Shown here one piece after another: positions 27,531-36,254 of a DNA stretch of 48,984 nucleotides. Position 1 is the stretch's first letter, and each line of letters begins with the position of its first letter. The position numbers were made by a program, and so were the translations under genes. The notes under the pieces were generated by a model. The model was not told the origin of the DNA. It was given only the letters and a program-made list of their open reading frames with translations, and did no database searches. This stretch comes from a virus: IMG/VR virus record IMGVR_UViG_3300031837_000019; one strand, given 5' to 3'.

Positions 27531-27805
27531 TAGAAGGGTAGAACGCTTTCTTCAGGCTCTTCTTCATTCAATTCAGCCGCCTTGATACGCCCAAGTGGCA
27601 GTACAAGAACGGGAACTGCCCCCGCCCCGAAATCCCGCATAATTGCGATATGATGCGGCGTGAAAATGAGAAATCCCCGACCGAAAAGTTCATTGTTATC
27701 CATATCAGTAATGATGTAATCATTCGTCGGAATTCGGGGTTCATCCTCTTCAGCTTTACCACCACTAATTGCACCAAATCTGAATACGTTATCGTTTTCG
27801 TCCAC
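27530..27805 (-). CDS. hypothetical protein
   Basis: 91-aa ORF abutting its neighbours. Confidence 0.45.
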   Translation of the reverse strand: MDENDNVFRFGAISGGKAEEDEPRIPTNDYIITDMDNNELFGRGFLIFTPHHIAIMRDFGAGAVPVLVLPLGRIKAAELNEEEPEESVLPF

Positions 27806-27822
27806 TTATGTTCCTTTCGAGG

Positions 27823-28683
27823 TTAGAACGTGGCTTCTTTGACTTTAGGTTCTCTCACAACCTTCGTGAGGAATTTAGGGCCATTAGAATAAAGGAAGGT
27901 CCGAAGACCGATACCACCATTACTATCAGCCCAACAACGGAATTTATGATCACAGTATGAACAGTTGACTCCCAGCGCCCGGTTACCCGAAGCACCTTCT
28001 TCTTCGTCTTCATAGCATCGCTCAGGAGGGCTATCTGACTCAAGAGTGGCCTTTAGGTAATTAATACGATCCTGAACATTAACTGCAGCTTTTAAGTCTT
28101 CTCGACTGACTGGAAGAAAAGCAATGTGGCCATTCTGCTTATCAGTCGCGAGGAAGCCCCCATCCGTATCGCGAGCCTCACAGTATCCTGCAAGTTGCTC
28201 GACATATCCGAAAGGGTCATTCTCTGCAAGTGTTCCGTCAGCAAATTTTCTAAATGAATGGGTTGATGCAGATTTGACATCTACAGTTACTCCGTCGATG
28301 TCTGCGTCGATATGTCCTTTAATGCCTTCGATAGATACTTCAGCTTGGCGATGCGTAACATTATGGCCCGACTTTCTGGCGAGGAATAATAGAACAGTCT
28401 CGACAAGGTCGCCGAAGAGGAACTTGAACAGAGTGTGAGGAGGAAACGCCTCTTCCTTTCCGACGTGTTTGTCATACCAAAGTTGCCTTGCACCCTTACC
28501 AATATTAGACATCCGTAGAGTGAACTCTCTTCGGGAGTCTTCTTTTCTTTCTTCTAGGCGAGACTTAATGATGGTAGCGATCTCAGACCCAAATTCTGTT
28601 GCTTCAGCGTCTGTAACATCAGTACCTTCACTAAGTACTCTATAAATATCCGTAACTAATGGGTGTTGTTCAGTCAAATACAT
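27823..28683 (-). CDS. Cas4/RecB-like PD-(D/E)xK exonuclease with four-Cys cluster
   Basis: GHIDADIDGVTVDVKSAS (D..DxK core); C-terminal C-x22-CSYC-x5-C. The ATG at 28683 is preferred over the track start at 28722. Confidence 0.7.
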   Translation of the reverse strand: MYLTEQHPLVTDIYRVLSEGTDVTDAEATEFGSEIATIIKSRLEERKEDSRREFTLRMSNIGKGARQLWYDKHVGKEEAFPPHTLFKFLFGDLVETVLLFLARKSGHNVTHRQAEVSIEGIKGHIDADIDGVTVDVKSASTHSFRKFADGTLAENDPFGYVEQLAGYCEARDTDGGFLATDKQNGHIAFLPVSREDLKAAVNVQDRINYLKATLESDSPPERCYEDEEEGASGNRALGVNCSYCDHKFRCWADSNGGIGLRTFLYSNGPKFLTKVVREPKVKEATF

Positions 28684-28954
28684 CACCGTTATCAAAACAC
28701 TTTTGGTCTTCATATGATGCAACTACTCGACGGTAAAATTCAAGTTTTGCACATTCGAGCATACCAATAGCTGCATTAAGGTCGGTGTATTTTTTATCAT
28801 AACAAGCAGTTATGATTGTTGAGATCACATAATTCAAGAAACCATCTCTGTCCTGCGTACCCTTAGTCAACTCCACAATCTGTGAAATTGCATCGTGATA
28901 CGCAGGACGATGAAACTCTTTAATATATGGAATTACGCAGCGTCCGCTTGCCAA
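28670..28954 (-). CDS. hypothetical protein
   Basis: 94-aa ORF between the SSB and nuclease genes, overlapping both ends. Confidence 0.45.
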   Translation of the reverse strand: MASGRCVIPYIKEFHRPAYHDAISQIVELTKGTQDRDGFLNYVISTIITACYDKKYTDLNAAIGMLECAKLEFYRRVVASYEDQKCFDNGDVFD

Positions 28955-29403
28955 GACTCATCAGTCTCAGCATCTTCCTTGACGGGGAAATTATCACCAT
29001 CATACTTAATCATATCCCAAATCTGTAGGGACAAGATATTAGCAGACTTCTGGTTTTTACCATATTCATTAATAGCGAAGTTCACATTAACAACAGAGTC
29101 ATTACCAATCTTCGGACCCTTATAGACAGTTTCCGAATCTTGTAGCGTGTTGCCATGATGGTCCACAATACGGACTGGTTGATTAGGGGAGCCGTCAGCC
29201 TTGAGCTCACGACGCTTAAATGTAATGAATGGACCGTTACCCTTGTCCTTGATTTTAGGCTTCAAGCCCTCAACCTCAAGACGATGAACGGTCTCTTCAT
29301 CAAGATAGACATCAATCGACCATTCTTTATGCTTATTCTCAAAACCCCAATGAAGTTGATCAGCAAAGATTTTGGCCCACTTGGCCTTACCACGGATTAG
29401 CAC
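28933..29403 (-). CDS. single-stranded DNA-binding protein, T7 gp2.5-like (tentative)
   Basis: OB-like pattern (KAKWAKIF.., NDSVVNVNFAINEYG....ANILSLQIWDMI) and an acidic aromatic tail (DAETDESWQADAA). AGGAG 9 nt before the GTG start. Confidence 0.55.
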   Translation of the reverse strand: MLIRGKAKWAKIFADQLHWGFENKHKEWSIDVYLDEETVHRLEVEGLKPKIKDKGNGPFITFKRRELKADGSPNQPVRIVDHHGNTLQDSETVYKGPKIGNDSVVNVNFAINEYGKNQKSANILSLQIWDMIKYDGDNFPVKEDAETDESWQADAA

Positions 29404-29475
29404 TATTTTGTGCTCCTTGTTCTTATTATTTGTTCGTTGTCTTTGACATGCTATCCAAATCTGGATAGGTAATAT

Positions 29476-29550
29476 TGGTGCCCTTTGACCAGAATCGAAC
29501 TGTCCTCCACGCTATACAACGGCGTTATAATACCACTATACGAAAAGGGC
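29476..29550 (-). tRNA. tRNA-like gene, possibly tRNA-Thr(UGU), non-canonical fold
   Basis: Reverse complement is GCCCTTT..AGTGGTA..(loop GTTGTAT)..GTTCGATTC..AAAGGGCACCA. It has a perfect 7-bp acceptor stem, canonical D and T loops and an encoded CCA. The T stem has a mismatch and a 1-nt register problem. Confidence 0.5.
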
Positions 29551-29658
29551 CGAAAGAACCAAGAGGAGCCTTGCGGCTCCCCTGGCGTGTAGCTCCCTTG
29601 CGGGCAACGGACATTCGGTTTCCCAAAGCCGCAGGGCTCACATAAGCCCCATATGATT

Positions 29659-29686
29659 AGTATACCATACTAAATATTAGTGTCAA
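29659..29686 (-). promoter_or_regulatory. sigma70-type promoter candidate (TTGACA-16-TATACT) upstream of the tRNA-like gene
   Basis: On the - strand, TTGACA at 29686-29681, 16-nt spacer, TATACT at 29664-29659. The -35 element overlaps the stop of the polymerase C fragment. Confidence 0.45.
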
Positions 29687-30195
29687 TGACATTCTGCCCA
29701 ATTTGCTCCGCATTTGTAGCCACCTGTGAGTGGGACTTTAAATCCGATATCTGTTCCTGCAGTTTCAATGGCGTTAACACAGATTTTCCCAACTTCCTCA
29801 GAATCCTTGGTCGCTGCATCTAGTTGTCCTTCATCATGAATATTACCAACATAGAATCCATCAAGTCCTCGTCTCTTAATTTCATTTCTGGCAACAATAG
29901 CGGTCCTTTTCATAACTATTGCGCCGGCTGACTGGAGCTTATAGTTAAGCGCAGCGCTCTGGGCTGGGCAGCGAACGAAGCCTCCATCAATGGTTCGCAA
30001 CAGTCCGCCAGTTGCTCGAAACTCATCTTGGATATCTGCAGAGAGTCTGGAAAGTCCGGGAGTACCTCGCTCAAGGATTCCACGAGCCCATTTACCATAG
30101 TGTCTAGCTTCACTTCCTCGAAGTTCAGGGCGCAACGTGACTCCGAGCTTTGGATCGCCACCTCCATAGAGATACCATGTGTTTAACTGAGGTCG
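29683..30195 (-). CDS. polA: family A DNA polymerase, C-terminal fragment
   Basis: The frame is open from 30195. It encodes NTWYLYGGGDPKLG (rest of motif B, cf. T7 gp5 FLYGAGDEKIG) and VGNIHDEGQLD (motif C). The first canonical start is the TTG at 30135, downstream of motif B. Confidence 0.75.
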   Translation of the reverse strand, partial: RPQLNTWYLYGGGDPKLGVTLRPELRGSEARHYGKWARGILERGTPGLSRLSADIQDEFRATGGLLRTIDGGFVRCPAQSAALNYKLQSAGAIVMKRTAIVARNEIKRRGLDGFYVGNIHDEGQLDAATKDSEEVGKICVNAIETAGTDIGFKVPLTGGYKCGANWAECH

Positions 30196-30807
30196 TTAAT
30201 CTCAGCCCATATAGCTGCATGTCCCCATGCAGAGCAGACTATATCATCATCCGACTGTAGGGCCGGAGCTGGGCGCTTCCAGACACTTGTCTGTACTCTC
30301 TTTCGAGATAGTCGTTGCACCTTCTAGATATTCAATTGCCTTCTGGAGATTGCCTATATTGTCATCAAACAAACCTAATGCTTGATTACATTTAGGGCAC
30401 AGAAGTCCACGAATTAAACCAGTTAAATGATCATGGTCAATGGCTAATTTAGCCTTACCATTTCTGGCGACCACATATCCTTCAGAACCACATATCCTAC
30501 AATGTGGATCAGCAAACATATCTTCATACTGCTCTAAAGTAATACTATATGCTTTATGCAAATACCTTCTTGAGTATCTGCGTTCTGCACAAATATTAGA
30601 GCAGAATAAATGAGATGGTGCCACTGGTTGAAAATCTAAATCACATTCTCTGCACTTCTTAATCCTGAAAGAACCTTGGGGGTATTTATCAGGTGTTGCA
30701 GTAAAATGTTCTTGAGATTTATTCGTATTTTTGAATATCATGCTTGGCTCATGATTAGCTGTTCTAGCTTTCCCATGAGTTCACCCAGTTTTACTACTGC
30801 TACTTTA
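30196..30807 (-). mobile_element. homing-endonuclease insertion splitting the polymerase gene
   Basis: 612 nt between the two polymerase fragments, of which 495 nt are the Endo VII/HNH ORF. Confidence 0.55.
30247..30741 (-). CDS. HNH/Endonuclease VII-family homing endonuclease
   Basis: CRICGSEG......LAIDHDHLTGLIRGLLCPKCNQALGLFDDN is the Endonuclease_7-type HNH motif. Confidence 0.85.
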   Translation of the reverse strand: MIFKNTNKSQEHFTATPDKYPQGSFRIKKCRECDLDFQPVAPSHLFCSNICAERRYSRRYLHKAYSITLEQYEDMFADPHCRICGSEGYVVARNGKAKLAIDHDHLTGLIRGLLCPKCNQALGLFDDNIGNLQKAIEYLEGATTISKESTDKCLEAPSSGPTVG

Positions 30808-32142
30808 CTAACAGTAGAATCCGTTTTTAACGGTAAGATCACGCATTTCATCACTGAGGTTGAGGTTTCGAGTGTTAACGAGGTGGGGATCCCCAACAGT
30901 GAAGAGAATGGTGGCTTCAGGATTGTTAAGATATTCAGCAAACATACGCATTTCAAGGCCACTGGCATCATACCCAACTTCTCTTCGATTGGGTCGAGCT
31001 TGCCAAAGTCGTCTACATTCAATTCCATACCTGACCTTCTTCTTGGCCTTTGGGATATTCATAGTATTAGGGTTAAATCCAATCATACGTCTAGTAGATG
31101 CACCACATGTAAGAACCTGACCATGCATACAATGGTCATCATAGTTAACACAATTAAGCCAACCCTCGACCATTGTACTTCGGCCTTGTAAGACCAGCCA
31201 ATCCGCAAGGGCTTTGACTTCTACCTTACCTGAAATCTCAGCAAAAGATATTAATGCCTCTTCATCAACCTTTGGGAATCCCTTCTCGGTAAAGTTAAGT
31301 GGTTCCCACCCAAGATCTAGAAGACGATCAACTCGTTGTTTAGGTGATCCAAGATTAAAGTCTACCCAATCAAGGGTAGAATAGGTTCCGTCTCGGTTGT
31401 CTCGAACTTCGGGGTATTCTCTAAGATGTCGTAAATAGCTTGCAAATTCACTACCATCTTTTTTAGTTCGTCTTTCGTACGTTCTACTGACTTCCAATCG
31501 CCTTGGGAAAAGTTCGTGGATAGCGAATTCAGATTCAGATTGAACAGCCCTGAGGTAACCTGCGAGCGCCTGTGCTCCAGGGATATCAAAATACCATCCA
31601 TTTCTTTGTTGTTCATCTACAACTTCCCTGACTTCATGTTCGATCTGGCATGATAATTCACTGAAGCCTACCCTCCGCATACGTTGCCAAAGGGCTCGTG
31701 CAACTTTCTTACCAAGCTTTACATCTTGTTTACAGTAGGTCTCCATCTCAGGAGACCACTTAGACCAATCATTGAAGTCCCCTTTAGGGTCTCCAAGACG
31801 TATTCCCCAAGCCTCCAGAGAATGACCGCCGGAAAGCTTAGGATCATACAGGTAAGAAAGAACCAGAGTGTCAACAATATTTCGAGTACTTGCGGTACCG
31901 CCGACAAGACGACGTGTATGGGGTCCGTCATAGCTGACCGCATTATGTCCAACAAAATAGACTTCACTACCACGAAGACCATCAAAGAATCCTTTTATCT
32001 CGTCGTGACCACGAAAGGCCATGACCTCTTCTTGATCCATCCTGGAAGCACACAGAAGCCAGATACGTGACGGATATAGTGAGTCGGCTTCGATATCTAT
32101 ATACCAATACTTATGGTAATCTTCAGGTCTAGGTAGATACAA
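30808..32142 (-). CDS. polA: family A DNA polymerase, N-terminal fragment (3'-5' exo plus palm motif A)
   Basis: DIEAD (Exo I), VGHNAVSYDG (Exo II), YCKQDV (Exo III), SPKQRVDRLL, PNTMNIP, YDASGLEMRMFA (motif A). Ends RDLTVKNGFYC-stop inside motif B. Confidence 0.85.
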   Translation of the reverse strand: MYLPRPEDYHKYWYIDIEADSLYPSRIWLLCASRMDQEEVMAFRGHDEIKGFFDGLRGSEVYFVGHNAVSYDGPHTRRLVGGTASTRNIVDTLVLSYLYDPKLSGGHSLEAWGIRLGDPKGDFNDWSKWSPEMETYCKQDVKLGKKVARALWQRMRRVGFSELSCQIEHEVREVVDEQQRNGWYFDIPGAQALAGYLRAVQSESEFAIHELFPRRLEVSRTYERRTKKDGSEFASYLRHLREYPEVRDNRDGTYSTLDWVDFNLGSPKQRVDRLLDLGWEPLNFTEKGFPKVDEEALISFAEISGKVEVKALADWLVLQGRSTMVEGWLNCVNYDDHCMHGQVLTCGASTRRMIGFNPNTMNIPKAKKKVRYGIECRRLWQARPNRREVGYDASGLEMRMFAEYLNNPEATILFTVGDPHLVNTRNLNLSDEMRDLTVKNGFYC

Positions 32143-33702
32143 TTAATTCATAACCCATTCATGTCCGGCGACCTTACTGCCGCCAGAGCGATAAGAATTG
32201 ATCTCTTCTTCTGTAAGTTCGGTGAGACGCCCGGTGTCATTATTATAATGTAGGTATGCGCCCGGACCAGTACGACCGCAAAACCTGTTCTTCTCAACCA
32301 TAAGAGACACAACATTCCTTCTCCAAGGGTCTTCGGAGAGTTTTTCTCGGTTGAGTTTGATAACGATATTAGCTAGTTGTTCTACCCCGGCAGTGCCTCT
32401 GATCTCGCCCTTCCGGTTCTGGTGAATTACAGCGATAATGGAAATATTACATTCCATACATAATGTCTTTAATTTGGTAGCAATCTCATCAAGCTGTTTA
32501 CGCTCATCCCCTGATTGATCAGACACCACAATAGATAGGTGGTCCAGAATAATATACTTACAACCAAGATTATGCATGTATCGAACTTTGTTGAGGATTT
32601 CTTGAATTGAATTAGACCCAAAATGGTCATAAATAACGAGCTTGTCAGTATCGACGATGCTATCGAAATATCCTCTAAGTTCCTCTTGGTTGACCATCGC
32701 CCTAATGTCTGGAAGATGCAGAGGCATATTAGCCTCAATAGACATTAAACCGAGCGCAGTATCTCCGTTCGTTTCTTCCAAGTGTAGAAGCCCGATACCC
32801 GCTTCTGGCGATGTTTTTCTAATATGATATTCAATCTCTTTGAGGACAGACGTCTTACCCACACTGGTTTCGGCAGTGAAGACCACGAATTCTGAGAGCC
32901 GTATGCCATAAGTCTGAGAGTTAAGTGACTCCCAGGGATATGGTACTGTTTCATAGTTTTTTGGGGCGGAGACCTCCTCCCACAGTTCACGCCCGAGTTT
33001 AAGCCCTGACGGACTGTATTGCGGAGCCGCCCACCATTCACGGTTAAACTGCTCACGTTTGCCAACTTTAAGATAGTCGTTCGCATCTTTGGCTTCTGCA
33101 AGAGTAAGAACCTTGACCTTGCCGATGGGGAACATACCTGCCACAGTAAGAGCGGCTTCCTGGCCCGGATAGCGAACCTGACCTGTCTGGGCATTTAGTT
33201 TACCCTCATCTTTGTCAAAACAAACAACAATATTCTGGAAAGAATTGAGGTACTCGCTGTTCTCTGCAACATCCTTAGCAGCACCTGCTGCTCCAGACCT
33301 GACAGAGACGACTGGCCATCTCGAACCCATAAGCTCGTAAGCAGCAAGTGCGTCATATTCACCTTCGACGAGTGTAATGTATTTCGCACTTCCAGGAGGG
33401 AAGAGGTGGCTTCCGAAGAGCCCTGTGTGCTTAATATCACCTTCATTAAAGAACTGTTTGTCCGCAGTCCTGACCTTATTGGCAAGATGCTTTCCGTCTT
33501 CAAAATATGGGAAGTATGTATAATCACCTTCACGCCACACGCCATACTTCTCTGCGGTGGCCTTCATGATCTTCCTGTCGGTTAGATCAACAGTAATACG
33601 TTTAATGTCTGTAAGGATTGTCGTGTCCTTATTCTCATTATCGTTGTCTGGAAAAGTTGTTATGCCGCACACAAAACAGTGTGTGTGACCGTCGGAGTAC
33701 AA
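32143..33702 (-). CDS. T7 gp4-like primase-helicase
   Basis: SDGHTHCFVCG zinc motif, TOPRIM LVEGEYDALAAYE, Walker A TAETSVGKTS, ILDHLSIVVSD..DERK. The frame stays open upstream to 33786 and encodes the first CxxC (see findings). Confidence 0.9.
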   Translation of the reverse strand: MYSDGHTHCFVCGITTFPDNDNENKDTTILTDIKRITVDLTDRKIMKATAEKYGVWREGDYTYFPYFEDGKHLANKVRTADKQFFNEGDIKHTGLFGSHLFPPGSAKYITLVEGEYDALAAYELMGSRWPVVSVRSGAAGAAKDVAENSEYLNSFQNIVVCFDKDEGKLNAQTGQVRYPGQEAALTVAGMFPIGKVKVLTLAEAKDANDYLKVGKREQFNREWWAAPQYSPSGLKLGRELWEEVSAPKNYETVPYPWESLNSQTYGIRLSEFVVFTAETSVGKTSVLKEIEYHIRKTSPEAGIGLLHLEETNGDTALGLMSIEANMPLHLPDIRAMVNQEELRGYFDSIVDTDKLVIYDHFGSNSIQEILNKVRYMHNLGCKYIILDHLSIVVSDQSGDERKQLDEIATKLKTLCMECNISIIAVIHQNRKGEIRGTAGVEQLANIVIKLNREKLSEDPWRRNVVSLMVEKNRFCGRTGPGAYLHYNNDTGRLTELTEEEINSYRSGGSKVAGHEWVMN

Positions 33703-33718
33703 ACTACTACCGTCTGAA

Positions 33719-34240
33719 CTACCGCACGCCTCGCAAACTAAGTGCCTGATGAATTTCGATTGGGCTATAGTCGGTATGCTCCAAACTTACACAAACATAT
33801 CGTGAGTCTTCAACCTTCTGGTAGTGCAGGTGGCCATGAATATTGGTGCCAAACCTACCTAGTGAGTCTGGATGAATTGGGATATGTGATAGAATCACTT
33901 TATTCTTATCTTTGTCTTTCTGAACTACATATGAACGGATGTCGTCGAAGAACGGGAGATAATCTTTTAGGGCAAAGGTGTCATGATTACCTTTAACAAG
34001 AACAAGACGACCTCGAAGACGCCCAAGAAGAAAAAGATTCCGCCTATTGATGACAACATCACCAAGCAAATAAACCCTATCGCTCGGATCAACTCTTTCG
34101 TTGTGTCTAGCGATGATTGTTTCATCGTGTTCCTCAATGTTCTTGAATGATCTAAGCATAGTACCGTCGTCACGCTTAAAAGTCAATATATTCACATGAC
34201 CAAAATGGTGATCGGCTGCTACCCAGGTTCTACCACTCAT
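33719..34240 (-). CDS. calcineurin-like metallophosphoesterase
   Basis: ADHHFGH, LGDVV, GNHD, HIPIH and GHLH motifs in canonical order. Confidence 0.8.
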   Translation of the reverse strand: MSGRTWVAADHHFGHVNILTFKRDDGTMLRSFKNIEEHDETIIARHNERVDPSDRVYLLGDVVINRRNLFLLGRLRGRLVLVKGNHDTFALKDYLPFFDDIRSYVVQKDKDKNKVILSHIPIHPDSLGRFGTNIHGHLHYQKVEDSRYVCVSLEHTDYSPIEIHQALSLRGVR

Positions 34241-34401
34241 ACTCTATCCTGAAATAGTTGCATAGATTCACCGTAGCCTTCCCAATTATCAACACCACAT
34301 TCTTCTAGACATCTCAATTTAAGTAAAGAACGTTGAACCTCTTCGACTGTTTCATTAAAATAAGCTTTAAAGTCCTCCTCAGTTATACCGGTATCACTCA
34401 T
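34237..34401 (-). CDS. small acidic hypothetical protein (54 aa, not in the ORF track)
   Basis: MSDTGITEEDFKAYFNETVEEVQRSLLKLRCLEECGVDNWEGYGESMQLFQDRV; ATGA overlaps at both ends. Confidence 0.5.
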   Translation of the reverse strand: MSDTGITEEDFKAYFNETVEEVQRSLLKLRCLEECGVDNWEGYGESMQLFQDRV

Positions 34402-34691
34402 GCCCAGCCTTCGGGACCGTTAAAGCCATATCCCATATTATCAAGCATTTGGGATACTAGGTTCCAGACATGAAGTTTACGAGGCCACGCATATACGACA
34501 TTCTTTTTAGAAACTTCTTTAGCCTTGTAACTAGCCTCAAGGGCTTGTTCAGTCTTACCCACGAATGTTTCACCAATATAATCGCCACGATCAATAGTTC
34601 CGTGACCATCATTATAAATTCGCATACGAGCAATTTCTTTCTTATTAGCCTCAGAACCATGAGGCCAAAGCTCAACTCGGATCATTAACAT
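34398..34691 (-). CDS. hypothetical protein
   Basis: The ATG at 34691 is coupled (TAATG) to the upstream open frame. The track start at 34724 is probably too long. Confidence 0.5.
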   Translation of the reverse strand: MLMIRVELWPHGSEANKKEIARMRIYNDGHGTIDRGDYIGETFVGKTEQALEASYKAKEVSKKNVVYAWPRKLHVWNLVSQMLDNMGYGFNGPEGWA

Positions 34692-34844
34692 TACGGTTGT
34701 TCTCCGTGGAAGCGTGTTTTCCACCCTTCATGCCAGTCAGTATATTTATTAAACTGTTCATCTGTCTCCAGCTGACCTTTCAAGAGACGATAAGGATTTT
34801 TATTTAAAGAAACTGAAATTGCTTGATACCCTTCCCGCCACTCA

Positions 34845-35327
34845 CTACTTCGCTCGGCTATCTCTTCCTCCCATTTGATTCATGGTTGATATGAGTATAC
34901 CCTCATTAAAATCTATGAGAATAAGATGTTTCTCCATGTCTTCTGGATGTTCGTAGTTATTTAGATCAGCCTGATATGGTTCATCATCTAGAATTAAATA
35001 GTGCGTTGTGTCGGGATGTTCTTTCAACCATTTGGCTACTCTTGTGTAACGCCAATTTTCGTTCTCATCACATATAGGATGTTCATGGAAATATTCTCTC
35101 TTGAGTCCTTCAATAATGCAATGCTCAAGAGTCTCGTTACTACCAATAGCCCGAATCCAGGAAGAATGTATAACAAGTTTCCAATTACGAACTAAACACC
35201 AATCATTAATAAGACCGACAGCAGCAGGGTCAAATTTCTTAACAAAAGGTTTGGTCTGCCCAGGCATAGCATATGCTCGATAAGGAATGAGAGGCCCGTC
35301 AATATCAAGAAATAGAATTTTAGTCAT
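34845..35327 (-). CDS. HAD-superfamily phosphatase-like protein
   Basis: MTKILFLDIDGPLIP contains the DxDG motif I of HAD hydrolases. Confidence 0.6.
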   Translation of the reverse strand: MTKILFLDIDGPLIPYRAYAMPGQTKPFVKKFDPAAVGLINDWCLVRNWKLVIHSSWIRAIGSNETLEHCIIEGLKREYFHEHPICDENENWRYTRVAKWLKEHPDTTHYLILDDEPYQADLNNYEHPEDMEKHLILIDFNEGILISTMNQMGGRDSRAK

Positions 35328-36003
35328 TTAAACCAAATGGGCGAAAAAGATTTGCATCAATAACTGCATCAACGATCATCGGACAATTTTTCTCCAGTAG
35401 ATAACCACAAGCAAATGCAATCTGTTGATGTTCTAACTGAGTTTCAGGACCTTGGCGAATAGATACATAATGTATCCAATCACGAAGAGTACCTTGCATA
35501 TACATACGAGTTGATGTCAGACCTTCAGGCAGAAGTTTACGGGCGAGCTCCTTAGCAATACCAACCGCAAGACATGCCTTATAGCCGGCCCAACAGATGC
35601 CCCAAACTTGATTCTGCCAGACTGACCACAAATCATTGATTTCAATGTCCGCAGTAGGGATGGAGTTCTGACGATTCTTCGGGTCTTTAAGTCTGGCTTG
35701 CGGCGACATTACCAGCTTCTCGTCCACTTCAGAATACCGCTGACTAAATTCTTGAAAGTGGAATGATCTGTGTCTCAAAATTTGACGAGCAATATCTCTT
35801 GTAGTCTCAATTTCAACGCACATACAGGCCATCTCAAATGGTGACCAATGATTATGATCAATTAAATACTTAATCAACTTTTCGGAAGGATCATCTGGTT
35901 TGGCAGACGGATTAGACACACGAGCCATGTGTGCCACCATCTTGTCGGCATCAGGCGTGATCCACTTAAGTTCGACTCTCAATCTGAAAACCTTAATGTA
36001 CAA
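35320..36003 (-). CDS. thyX: flavin-dependent thymidylate synthase
   Basis: ThyX signature RHRSFHFQEFS (RHR-x7-S) followed by QRY. Confidence 0.85.
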   Translation of the reverse strand: MYIKVFRLRVELKWITPDADKMVAHMARVSNPSAKPDDPSEKLIKYLIDHNHWSPFEMACMCVEIETTRDIARQILRHRSFHFQEFSQRYSEVDEKLVMSPQARLKDPKNRQNSIPTADIEINDLWSVWQNQVWGICWAGYKACLAVGIAKELARKLLPEGLTSTRMYMQGTLRDWIHYVSIRQGPETQLEHQQIAFACGYLLEKNCPMIVDAVIDANLFRPFGLND

Positions 36004-36254
36004 TAATTGATTTGCCCTTTCGAGTGAAGCAGCAGTACGATCTCATCGTTAAAATCGGCATCCATAACATATTGGTCTCCATAATCCATCAAATAGCGGG
36101 TGAGTTCCATAATCAGTTCGCTAACTCTCATCTTTTTTAGCTCCAAAAACTTGAGACCAAACCTCATGCATGGCTATACGTCGATGCTGACGATTAAATT
36201 TACGCTGAAGATTACGAACAGAGTTGATTGGTGAACTTAGACGTTGAGTATTAC

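Noticed and set aside
30196-30807. Group I intron or intein interrupting the polymerase
   Set aside because: Only about 115 nt of the 612-nt insert lie outside the HNH ORF, too little for a group I core unless it overlaps the ORF. The fragments and the HNH ORF share a frame and the junction reads C...N|T. However, in-frame stops follow immediately and no intein blocks are visible. A free-standing homing endonuclease insertion is the simpler reading.
33787-33789. Stop-codon reassignment (TAA or TGA read as sense) to explain the three interrupted 5' ends
   Set aside because: TAA, TGA and TAG all terminate well-defined genes elsewhere: TAA ends the portal and terL genes, TGA ends the giant gene and flp, and TAG ends the phosphoesterase gene. 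The tRNA-like gene has no stop-complementary anticodon in any register.
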